Assembly: GCA_964470365.1 (NCBI GenBank)
Contig: CAYYCO010000002.1
Span: 1,173 to 65,172 of the forward strand
From: an uncultured Anaeromyxobacteraceae bacterium
Lineage (GTDB): Bacteria; Myxococcota_A; UBA9042; DTJE01
Length of the DNA: 64,000 nucleotides
Direction of reading: 5' to 3'
Shown here: positions 36,764-45,477 of the stretch, one piece after another
Layout: each line of letters starts with the position of its first letter
Numbering within the stretch: the stretch's first letter is position 1
Program-made: the position numbers and the translations under genes
The notes under the pieces: generated by a model
The model's database searches: none
Seen by the model: the letters and a program-made list of their open reading frames with translations, nothing else
Told to the model about the DNA's origin: nothing

Positions 36764-39736
36764 TCAGTCGGGCGATCCCGCGGTCGAGATCATCACGCGG
36801 CCGTTCCTGCCGTCCATGGTGATGGTCAGGGGCTCGGGCGGCCTGTAATGGACGCAGTGCGCCGTTCGCGCGGCCACCTCCCATCCGGCGGTCATTTCCA
36901 GGTTCACCCACGATTCGGGATGCCGGTGCCGGATCTTCATGTAACCGGCATTGCGGGCCACGATGTTGTGGAAAAAGTGCGTGCCCTGGGAGGATTCGAC
37001 CCGGAAGCCGGCAAGATCCATTTCGACGATGGCGACCGCCTGGCTGATGTCGCCCCACATTACCGGCACGCCGAGGAACCGGTCGCTGGACCCCCACCGG
37101 CCCGGCCCCACCAGCACGTAACCGCGTCCAGCTTCACGCATCGCCGCGTTGATGGCCGCGATTTCGTCCTTGATCGCAGCCGTTTCCGTGGTTACGAACG
37201 TTGCCGGATCGACGACCACGACGTCCACGACCCCGCGGACTTCGCCATTACCGAGAGCCTCGGCGGAATAAAGGAATATCCCGGGCCCGGCCGATTCGCG
37301 GGTCATCAGCGGCACGTCCATGAAAGCCTTGTTGACCGCCAGCGGCCTTATCTGCAGCACGAAGAATTCGCGTTGGCCGGAGGGACCCGGACTGATGTTC
37401 GTCGCGAATTCCACCTCGACGGGCAGCCCGAAAGCCTCCTCGCCGAGTGCCATCACGTCCCGCACGATGGAAGGCAGCGGGAAGCCGCCGTACTTCAGGA
37501 CCTTCGCAAAATCGAGCACCCTCGGGCCCGGGCCGTCCAGATCGGTCACCATCATTTCGCTCGACATGTCCCACCTGGACGCCAGCGAATTCAGCACGCC
37601 GTGCTTTTCGGCCTCCGCCAGGGGCAGGCGTACCATCGTGTCGACCTCGCCATCGACAATGCCGGCAACGGGCGCATCCAGCCTCAAAGCCCAGAAATCC
37701 TTCTGCACGTTGCTCATGAGATCCCGCGCCGTCAGGATGTCCGTCCTCGGAAAGGCCGGGCAGAACCTGAAGATCCGTCCGCCGTCCACGATGGTGCGGC
37801 CCAGGCCGAGCGCGATGCCTGCGACGCCGTCCGACGACCGCAGGGACCCGGTCGGATAGAAGTTGTACGACTGCGCGACACCTGAAATGTCCGGATAAAA
37901 ATATTCCCCGTGACGGCGACCCACCATTTCCTGGATGATGACGGCCATCTTTTCGTCACGCGGCTTGAACCCGCTGCCCGCCAGAAATTGCCTGGCCCGT
38001 CTTTCATAGACGCTTGAAAAGACGAGTTTCAACGCCCTGCACAGCTCGTGGTAACGCGTGCCGATCTCGGGCGATGAATTCGGGACCATGACGGTCCTGT
38101 ACACCCCGGCCAGCGGGCACGCCTGGGAATCCTCAAGGAGGCTCGACGACCGAACCGCCAGCGGAACGTCGATTGTCTGCACCAGTTCCAGCAGACTTCT
38201 TTTCAGGTTGGACGACAGGCTGCCGGCCAGGAACCTTTCCCGGATTTCGTCGTCCGACAGATCGTCAAGCTCACCCTCAATCTGATTTATTTCAATAAAA
38301 TCATCATATTCCGACGTTCCGACGAACGCCGTCAGCGGAAGGGATATGTCGACGTCCGGATACCGTTCGATCATCGCCATCATGTTCAGGGACGAATTCA
38401 GGAAGGCCAGCCCGCGGCCCTTTCCACCCATGGATCCCGGGCACAGCCTGACTATCTCGGCCCGCTGGGTCCTTTCCCAGTCGACAACGTCGACGACATT
38501 GCCCCTGTTCGCGGCACGCCTGACCTCCCCGAAGACCTTCAGCAGGTACTGACGCACATCTTCAAGCGAATCGAAATTGGACACGCTGAGCGGCTGGATC
38601 CTGCGTGCGAAATCGATTTCGCCATGTGCCATCAGCCAGCCGGAAAAATGGTTGTACCGCGAGTGCCAGGCCACGCTTTCGACGGGAACCCTTGCAAGGG
38701 CATCGATGAATTCGTCGATGCTGGACACGGCTTCGACTTCACTGTTGTCCGGAAGCCTGAACACGAAATCGCCGAACCCGAGCTGGGTGACGATGAAATC
38801 CTTCAGCGCGACGGTCAGCCAGGACGAATTCTTGTCCGCGAAGTAAGCGCCAAGCCGTTCCGCCTTCGCCCTGTTCGCAGGGTCCGCCGACTGCAGCAGC
38901 ACCGGAAGCGTGGCCCGCTCGCGCCGGATCATCTCCAGGAAACTGACACCGGCCTGGTCGTCCATCTTTCCGTTCCTGCGGTACTGGACGTCAGAAATGA
39001 TTCCTATCAGGTAATCCTTGTATTCGGCGAACGCCTGCGCTGCGGCATCGAAATCGTGGACGGCGATGACCTTGGGTCGGGATCGCATTCGCGCGCGCCG
39101 CACGCTTTCCGACGCCCCCTCGTTGATCAGCATCTGGGTCTGCTTGACGATCTGGGAATACAGAATCGGCAGGAAGTACGAATAATGCTGTATCGAATCC
39201 TCGACCACCAGGATGACGCGCACGTTTCCGACAGACGTGTCGTGCCGGATGTTATGACGATCCTCCGTCGATTTGATCATCGCGAGGAACACTTTGCTGT
39301 CGCCGCTCCAGAGGAAGATGTCGTCCACGACCCCGCGGGCGGCCGCTTCAACCCAGGTCCTGTCGGAAAGGTTGTTCAGCAGCAGCAGGACGGGCAGGTC
39401 AGGACGGCCCGTCTTGATGTCCGACGCCACCTCGGCAAATGTCTTGTCCCCCACCCGGGGCATGATGATGACCATGTCGAACTGGCGCTCGGCAAGTGCC
39501 GACATGGCCTCTGCCGGGGACGCGGCATGGCGCACATGCGGGGGGAAGCTGAGGTTCAGTCCGCTGTATTCGCCGTACAGCTGCTCAGTCAGCACGCCGT
39601 CCTGCTCGAAGATGAACGCATCGTAGTAGCTTGAGCACAGAAGGATTTCATTGACGCGCCACCTGGTCAGTTCGTGGCCGCGATCCTCGATGGCTTTCAG
39701 CCTCTGTAGAGACGATCGGATTTCTGCGTCGAACAT
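36764..39736 (-). CDS. PEP/pyruvate-binding (PPDK_N / PEP-synthase ATP-grasp) domain protein with N-terminal tandem receiver-like domains
   Basis: GSMGGKGRGLAFL and AVRSSSLLEDS motifs of the pyruvate-phosphate-dikinase N-terminal domain. Two CheY-like regions at the N-terminus. Confidence 0.7.
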   Translation of the reverse strand: MFDAEIRSSLQRLKAIEDRGHELTRWRVNEILLCSSYYDAFIFEQDGVLTEQLYGEYSGLNLSFPPHVRHAASPAEAMSALAERQFDMVIIMPRVGDKTFAEVASDIKTGRPDLPVLLLLNNLSDRTWVEAAARGVVDDIFLWSGDSKVFLAMIKSTEDRHNIRHDTSVGNVRVILVVEDSIQHYSYFLPILYSQIVKQTQMLINEGASESVRRARMRSRPKVIAVHDFDAAAQAFAEYKDYLIGIISDVQYRRNGKMDDQAGVSFLEMIRRERATLPVLLQSADPANRAKAERLGAYFADKNSSWLTVALKDFIVTQLGFGDFVFRLPDNSEVEAVSSIDEFIDALARVPVESVAWHSRYNHFSGWLMAHGEIDFARRIQPLSVSNFDSLEDVRQYLLKVFGEVRRAANRGNVVDVVDWERTQRAEIVRLCPGSMGGKGRGLAFLNSSLNMMAMIERYPDVDISLPLTAFVGTSEYDDFIEINQIEGELDDLSDDEIRERFLAGSLSSNLKRSLLELVQTIDVPLAVRSSSLLEDSQACPLAGVYRTVMVPNSSPEIGTRYHELCRALKLVFSSVYERRARQFLAGSGFKPRDEKMAVIIQEMVGRRHGEYFYPDISGVAQSYNFYPTGSLRSSDGVAGIALGLGRTIVDGGRIFRFCPAFPRTDILTARDLMSNVQKDFWALRLDAPVAGIVDGEVDTMVRLPLAEAEKHGVLNSLASRWDMSSEMMVTDLDGPGPRVLDFAKVLKYGGFPLPSIVRDVMALGEEAFGLPVEVEFATNISPGPSGQREFFVLQIRPLAVNKAFMDVPLMTRESAGPGIFLYSAEALGNGEVRGVVDVVVVDPATFVTTETAAIKDEIAAINAAMREAGRGYVLVGPGRWGSSDRFLGVPVMWGDISQAVAIVEMDLAGFRVESSQGTHFFHNIVARNAGYMKIRHRHPESWVNLEMTAGWEVAARTAHCVHYRPPEPLTITMDGRNGRVMISTAGSPD

Positions 39737-39965
39737 GGCGAATCACCTCGGACCGGGGTCGGCAACGAGTGTCGCACACATCGATTCTGCACGGTATTGA
39801 CTAAATGCGGGTATTGGGCTAGGTACGTTACGGCTGCGAGGCGATTCACATGGTGTGGATCCGCCTTGACCGGGCCGGCGGCCTCTGATCGATTTTGTGG
39901 CGTTCGCCCCGAAAATCACGCCCTGCCCCCCGGGGTTTCCCGTACTCGCCTCTGGAGGTTTCCAA

Positions 39966-41303
39966 ATGACTCGTCAGGAATTCTTGGATCAGGTCGCAGC
40001 GAAGAACCCGGCTCAGCCGGAGTTCCTGCAGGCGGTGGCCGAAGTCGTCGACAATATCTGGGATATCGTCGAGGCGAACCCCGCGTTCAAGAGCTCGAAC
40101 GTCCTCGGAAGGATCGTGGAGCCGGAACGCGTGCACACGTTCCGCGTGGCCTGGGTCAACGATCGCGGCGAAGTGGAAGTGAACCGTGGATACCGCATCC
40201 AGTTCAACAGCGCCATCGGACCGTACAAGGGCGGCATCCGCTTCCATCCGTCCGTGAACCTGTCCATCCTCAAATTCCTTGGATTCGAGCAGATCTTCAA
40301 GAACGCCCTGACGACCCTCCCGATGGGCGGCGGCAAGGGCGGCGCGGACTTCAACGCCCGCGGTCGCTCCGACGGCGAAATCATGCGCTTCTGCCAGGCG
40401 TTCATGACCGAACTCTTCCAGTACATCGGTCCTGATACCGACGTTCCCGCCGGCGACATCGGGGTCGGCGGCCGTGAAATCGGTTACATGTTCGGGCAGT
40501 ACAGGAAGCTCACGCACGAGTTCACCGGCGTCCTGACCGGCAAGGGCAGGACCTGGGGCGGCTCGCTGATCCGTCCGGAAGCCACCGGCTTCGGCGTCAC
40601 CTACATGGCCGACGCGATACTCAACAGGAACGGCCAGTCCTTCGAAGGCAAGAACGTCGCGGTATCGGGCTTCGGCAACGTGGCCTGGGGCGCCTGCCAG
40701 AAGGTCACGCACCTTGGCGGCAAGGTCGTCACGGTTTCCGGCCCGGACGGCTACATCTACGACAGGGACGGCGTCGGCACACAGGAAAAGTGGGACTACC
40801 TGGTTGAACTGCGCGCCTCGAACAACGACCGCGTCGAAGACTACGCGAAGCGTTTCGGCTGCGAATTCGTGGCCGGCCGCAGGCCGTGGGAACGCAAGGT
40901 CGACGTGGCCCTGCCGTGCGCGACCCAGAACGAACTCGGCGCCGAAGACGCGAAAAACCTGCTGAACAACGGATGCACCTGCGTCGTCGAGGGCGCCAAC
41001 ATGCCCTGCACGCCCGACGCCGTCCACGTGTTCCAGCAGGCGAAGATCATGTTCGCGCCCGGAAAGGCCGCGAACGCCGGCGGCGTCGCCACGTCCGGAC
41101 TGGAAATGACCCAGAACAGCATCCGCATGTCCTGGGCGCCGGCCGAGGTCGATGAAAAGCTGCACGGGATCATGAATTCGATCCACGAAGCCTGCGTCAC
41201 CCACGGCAAGCGCGAAGACGGCACGGTCGACTACGTGAAGGGCGCCAACGTCGCCGGCTTCATGAAGGTCGCCACCGCCATGGTTGAACAGGGCATCATC
41301 TGA
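39966..41303 (+). CDS. gdhA: Glutamate dehydrogenase (NAD(P)-dependent, GdhA type)
   Basis: KGGIRFHP, LPMGGGKGG and GFGNVAWG motifs. GGAGG 10 nt upstream of the ATG at 39966. Track ORF begins at GTG 39897. Confidence 0.95.
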   Translation: MTRQEFLDQVAAKNPAQPEFLQAVAEVVDNIWDIVEANPAFKSSNVLGRIVEPERVHTFRVAWVNDRGEVEVNRGYRIQFNSAIGPYKGGIRFHPSVNLSILKFLGFEQIFKNALTTLPMGGGKGGADFNARGRSDGEIMRFCQAFMTELFQYIGPDTDVPAGDIGVGGREIGYMFGQYRKLTHEFTGVLTGKGRTWGGSLIRPEATGFGVTYMADAILNRNGQSFEGKNVAVSGFGNVAWGACQKVTHLGGKVVTVSGPDGYIYDRDGVGTQEKWDYLVELRASNNDRVEDYAKRFGCEFVAGRRPWERKVDVALPCATQNELGAEDAKNLLNNGCTCVVEGANMPCTPDAVHVFQQAKIMFAPGKAANAGGVATSGLEMTQNSIRMSWAPAEVDEKLHGIMNSIHEACVTHGKREDGTVDYVKGANVAGFMKVATAMVEQGII

Positions 41304-41353
41304 CCCGGACCACCGGTCCGGGTCATCACGCCGAAGTCGCGCCGCAGGCGCGA
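41304..41353. terminator. Two GC-rich hairpins in the convergent gap after gdhA (CCCGGACC-acc-GGTCCGGG; TCGCGCC-gca-GGCGCGA)
   Basis: Perfect inverted repeats directly after the gdhA stop. No U-tract, which is common in high-GC genomes. Confidence 0.4.
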
Positions 41354-41442
41354 CGAAGGCGGATCACCTCGTTAACCTGGCCTCCCCACCCCGCATCAGC
41401 CAGTTCAAGCCCTCATTGATTTCGGATCGATGATTGAAAATG

Positions 41443-42072
41443 CTATTTCCTGGCGTCCTCGAGCGACCGTCGGAAGTCGCCGAGTGCCTCGTTGACCTGG
41501 GCGTCGCGGACGATCATCGCCGGGATGGAACCGCCCGGCTCGCTGTAAACCTGGTACTGGACGACGCTGCCGCCGGCAGGGTCGGGCGTCACCTGCCAGA
41601 ATCCCTTGACCAGCGGCATCCTGACGTAGCCGGGATCCACCGGGGGCCCGAATTCCGTGGTCGTCTGGAACTCAATCCGCAGTGCCCCTTCCGAATCGAC
41701 ACGACGGATGCGCATCGTATAGTCGCGGTCAGACACGACGGGCGTTTTCACGCGGTCGTAAAAGACGATTTCCCTGGATTCCCGCTTGAAGAACCTTCTT
41801 TCCTGCACGGGCGGCTGATAAGTGAAGAAGCTTTCCCACAGTCTTTCGACGAGTTGATCCGGAGCCACCGGGGATTTCGTGTCGAACCTGGTCACATAAA
41901 ACCCCTTCGTGCGGCCGGGCTTGCGGCTGATCGTTATTCCATCCTTCGTGCGCCGCAGCTCCTTGAAACCGTCGCCCTGCGCCGTGGCCGGAACCGGCGC
42001 CAGGCAGGCCGCCAAAACGACCGCTGTGACAGGCAGCGCCGCCGCCATCGACCGGAAAACTGGCGCAATCAT
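41443..42072 (-). CDS. Hypothetical secreted protein
   Basis: Internal ATG at 42072 gives a signal peptide MIAPVFRSMAAALPVTAVVLAAC. The longer track ORF N-terminus is Cys/Arg-rich and implausible. Confidence 0.5.
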   Translation of the reverse strand: MIAPVFRSMAAALPVTAVVLAACLAPVPATAQGDGFKELRRTKDGITISRKPGRTKGFYVTRFDTKSPVAPDQLVERLWESFFTYQPPVQERRFFKRESREIVFYDRVKTPVVSDRDYTMRIRRVDSEGALRIEFQTTTEFGPPVDPGYVRMPLVKGFWQVTPDPAGGSVVQYQVYSEPGGSIPAMIVRDAQVNEALGDFRRSLEDARK

Positions 42073-42356
42073 GTCGAACACCTCACGAAAAAAGTGACTG
42101 AAAAATTCTAGCATAACGGGGACCGGCCTTCCCGGGCAGATCGACGGAATGCGCGCCGCGACGTGAACGGGGGGCGGACCGTGACGACCGCAGATACAAC
42201 AATGCCGGAATACCCGACAACCGGGGATCACGAACGATACTCGAATGACGGGCCGATTGCAGTCCTTTGACCATGCGCGCATTGACAAACACTGGTTCAG
42301 CACCTACAAATATCTGCGACCGTCCGCAAAGGGCGGCAAACGGTACGGGGGCGACG

Positions 42357-43103
42357 ATGGATTCCCAGGAAAAGCAGGATCTCATGGACGAATTCGGTGC
42401 GAACGGCGGTGACGCGGCAACGGTTCCTCAAGGGGGGCCGGTCGGCTCTGAACAGGCTCGGGACGACTCAAAGGCCTCGGGTTCCGCGGGAACGGCCGGG
42501 GATGCCGGCGACGGACATGAATTTGATCCCGCGGAGACCGTTGGAAGCGACGAAAACACCGTGACCGATCGGATGGTATTCGACGTGATTCATGATGTCG
42601 AACCGCCGGCGGCCGCTTCACTGGCCCGGATCGGCGAAGATCCGACCTCGGTCGAACTGTCGGAAACCAAGGAGCGCCTGCTGCGCCTGGCTGCCGAATT
42701 CGAAAACTTCAAGAAACGTCGCATCAGGGAACGTGAAGAGCATCTCAAATTCGCAAACGAACGGCTGCTCAAGGATTTTCTGCCGGTCGTGGACAACCTT
42801 GAAAGGGCTCTCGAATCGGCGCGGCAGAGCGGACAGGGCCAGGCTATCGTCGCCGGACTGGAACTGGTCATACATGAATTCCTCAACGTGATGGCCCGGG
42901 AGGGCGTCGTCCCGGTTGAATCGGTGGGCAAGCCCTTCGACCCTTCGCACCAGGATGCCCTGCAACAGATCGAAACATCGGAATTCGAACCGGGCACGGT
43001 CGCCGCAGAGGTACTCAAGGGATACCTGCTCAACGGGCGCGTGCTTCGCGCCGCGCTCGTCGTCGTCGCCCGCGAACCCCAGGCGCGCCCCCCCCAGAAC
43101 TGA
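42357..43103 (+). CDS. grpE: Nucleotide exchange factor GrpE
   Basis: ...LLRLAAEFENFKKR... coiled coil and C-terminal beta-domain ...GTVAAEVLKGY. Confidence 0.9.
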   Translation: MDSQEKQDLMDEFGANGGDAATVPQGGPVGSEQARDDSKASGSAGTAGDAGDGHEFDPAETVGSDENTVTDRMVFDVIHDVEPPAAASLARIGEDPTSVELSETKERLLRLAAEFENFKKRRIREREEHLKFANERLLKDFLPVVDNLERALESARQSGQGQAIVAGLELVIHEFLNVMAREGVVPVESVGKPFDPSHQDALQQIETSEFEPGTVAAEVLKGYLLNGRVLRAALVVVAREPQARPPQN

Positions 43104-43197
43104 CGTTCCTCCGGCCAGCCCCCATGTCGTCCTGCCTCTCGCCGCGCCTGCCCCTGCGCGCCGGCGACAATCGCTGGTAACGTGTTTGGCGCCACAC

Positions 43198-44328
43198 ATG
43201 ATAGAATCGGTTGAATTCGACACGGTGCCGATCCGCGGGGGGAACAGAATGGGTGACTTCGACGCCAGGACGCCGGAACTGCTGGAAACGCTGTCCAGAT
43301 ACGCCGGCAAGCGACTGTTCGTGGCGGTGATCGGCTCTCCGGATCCCGACGGACTCGCTTCCGCATGGTCGCTCCGGATGATGGCCAGGTGTGTCGGCGT
43401 GACGATGGACATCCTGACGTTTGAAATCCTGTCGCGCCCCGATAACATCGCGTTCTGCCAGATGCTCGAAATTCCCTTCAAATACGTCGACAGACTGCCC
43501 AGGGTCGGCTACGCGGGATACTGCGTCGTGGATCGGCAGAACGCGCGGCTTCCGATCGGATACACGCGCAAGCTCCCGCTGGTCGCACACATCGACCACC
43601 ACGTCGAAATTCCGACGGGCGCCATGTTCGCACAGCAGGCGCCGGCGTTCGGCAGCACCAGCAGCGTGATGGCGCACCACATGAAACACATGCTGGCCAA
43701 CTTCGAACTCGATCCTTCGGAAGTCTGCCGGATTGCGACTGCGCTGATGTTCGGCATCAGGACCGACACCCAGAACTTCCTGACGGCAAAATCCCAGGAT
43801 TACGAGGCATCGGCGATACTTGCACCGCTGGCGTCGACCGAACTGGTCCGCACGATGGTGAACACCCCTGTCGGCCGCCCCTTCATCAATACGCTTGCGG
43901 TCGCGCTTGATTCCCGGGAAAGTCATATCGGCCTCACGATTGCGTACGCCGGAAACGTCGCGAAAAGCGCGCGTGACACGATCGGCCAGACCGCCGATTT
44001 CCTGATCCGCGGCGACAAGACGGTCGCGATTATCGTTTACGGGGTCGTCGACAATTACATCGTCGGTTCCATGAGGGCCATCGATGCCGACCTCGACCCC
44101 TTCGTATTTATCGACAAATCACTTTCAATAATCTTCCCGTTCCCGATCGACTGCGGTGGCAGGACATTCTCCGGCGGCTTCCAGATCCCGCTGAAACTGA
44201 TCACCGACGAAGACATCGAAACCACCTGCAGAAGAATCAACAAATCCTTCTTCGACGTGTGGTCGGCAACCATGCGCGGCAGGGGTTCCAGGTCCGGCTG
44301 GAACAAAAGGCGCATCTCGCGGCTTTGA
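43198..44328 (+). CDS. DHH-family phosphoesterase (NrnA-like oligoribonuclease/pAp phosphatase)
   Basis: DHH motif HIDHH and DHHA1-like C-terminus. Start is uncertain (43198 or 43249). Confidence 0.75.
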   Translation: MIESVEFDTVPIRGGNRMGDFDARTPELLETLSRYAGKRLFVAVIGSPDPDGLASAWSLRMMARCVGVTMDILTFEILSRPDNIAFCQMLEIPFKYVDRLPRVGYAGYCVVDRQNARLPIGYTRKLPLVAHIDHHVEIPTGAMFAQQAPAFGSTSSVMAHHMKHMLANFELDPSEVCRIATALMFGIRTDTQNFLTAKSQDYEASAILAPLASTELVRTMVNTPVGRPFINTLAVALDSRESHIGLTIAYAGNVAKSARDTIGQTADFLIRGDKTVAIIVYGVVDNYIVGSMRAIDADLDPFVFIDKSLSIIFPFPIDCGGRTFSGGFQIPLKLITDEDIETTCRRINKSFFDVWSATMRGRGSRSGWNKRRISRL

Positions 44329-44400
44329 TCGATTCGTGCTTACAATTCCATTGCAAGCAACGGGCCAATCGCATATACTCACCGCGCTTTTGTGCCCTAT

Positions 44401-44476
44401 GGGCCTATAGCTCAGTTGGTAGAGCCACCGGCTCATAACCGGTTGGTCCCTGGTTCGAGCCCAGGTGGGCCCACCA
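44401..44476 (+). tRNA. tRNA-Met (anticodon CAT; elongator type or tRNA-Ile2), with encoded CCA
   Basis: GGGCCTA acceptor, D-arm AGCTCAGTTGGTAGAGC, anticodon stem ACCGG/CCGGT with loop CTCATAA, T-arm CCTGG-TTCGAGC-CCAGG, discriminator A, CCA. Confidence 0.85.
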
Positions 44477-44585
44477 GAAACCGTGTGGTGGCGATGGGGT
44501 TGGCAACAAAACCCTCGATGAAATCAATGGCTCCGGGACGGCCCGCACCAATGCGTGCAGCCGGGGGCCATGTGGACGGGATGAA

Positions 44586-44612
44586 GGGCGCTCCAGTACG
44601 GGCGCCTTTTTT
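44586..44612 (+). terminator. Rho-independent terminator candidate (GGGCGC-loop-GCGCC + T6)
   Basis: GC hairpin followed by TTTTTTGT about 110 bp downstream of tRNA-Met. Confidence 0.5.
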
Positions 44613-44684
44613 GTATCCGGCCGTTTTCGCAATCCGCACGACACCTTTCCTTTTTGCACCCATTAACTACCAGGAGGCGCCGTC

Positions 44685-45410
44685 TTGAAAGAAGTCATAT
44701 CCGCCCTGCGCGCGCTGCAGGATGTCGATCAGCACAGGATCGATGCAGAAAAGGAACGCCAGGCCATCATGGAACGTGTCCAGAGCCTTTCGGCCCGCGT
44801 CGCCGACCTCGAAAGGGAACAGTCGGAAAAGCGCGACAAGCTGCGCGAAGCCGAAAAATGGTACCTGGAACGCGACAAGGAACTGAAGGAAGACAACGAA
44901 AAGATCCGCCGGGCGCAGATGCGCCTTAACGCGCTCAGCAAGCAGAAGGAACACGCCGCGGTGCAGCGCGAAATCGAAAGCCTGCGCCATGGCAACCAGC
45001 TTCGTGAAGAGGAAATCCAGAAGCTGCAGACCGTGATGAGCGAATTCAAGGCCGCCGTGGACGAAGAAGAAAAACTGCTCGAAGAAATGCGTGAAGATCT
45101 CGCGCGCGAGCAGGCATCATCGGTCGAACGCGTCCAGGAACTGGATCGCAGGATCCACGACCTTGCATCGACGTACAAGGATTACGAAGCCAACATCCCC
45201 GCCGAAACCCTGCGGCGTTACAAACGCATCCAGAAGGCCTGGCTGGGCATGGCGGTCGTTCCGGTCGACACGAAGGGCAGCTGCGGCGGGTGCCACCGGC
45301 GCCTTCCGCCCCAGCTTTACAACACCCTGCTGCGTAACGATTCCCTGCACACCTGCCCCTACTGCAACCGCTTCGTGTTCGTGGAAATCAAGGAATCCGC
45401 AGAAGACTGA
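44685..45410 (+). CDS. Coiled-coil zinc-ribbon protein (COG1579-like, C4 zinc ribbon)
   Basis: TTG start with AGGAGG 7 nt upstream. Long coiled coil. C-terminal CGGC...18...CPYC. Confidence 0.6.
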   Translation: MKEVISALRALQDVDQHRIDAEKERQAIMERVQSLSARVADLEREQSEKRDKLREAEKWYLERDKELKEDNEKIRRAQMRLNALSKQKEHAAVQREIESLRHGNQLREEEIQKLQTVMSEFKAAVDEEEKLLEEMREDLAREQASSVERVQELDRRIHDLASTYKDYEANIPAETLRRYKRIQKAWLGMAVVPVDTKGSCGGCHRRLPPQLYNTLLRNDSLHTCPYCNRFVFVEIKESAED

Positions 45411-45477
45411 ACGCCGCCGTCACTCCGCGACAGCTTCGTCCCGGTGAACGTCCGCCGATGTCGAAAAGCGTTTTCGC

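Noticed and set aside
44392-44688. 98 aa ORF overlapping tRNA-Met
   Set aside because: Runs through a structured tRNA gene and terminator. No RBS. Pro/Ala-rich.
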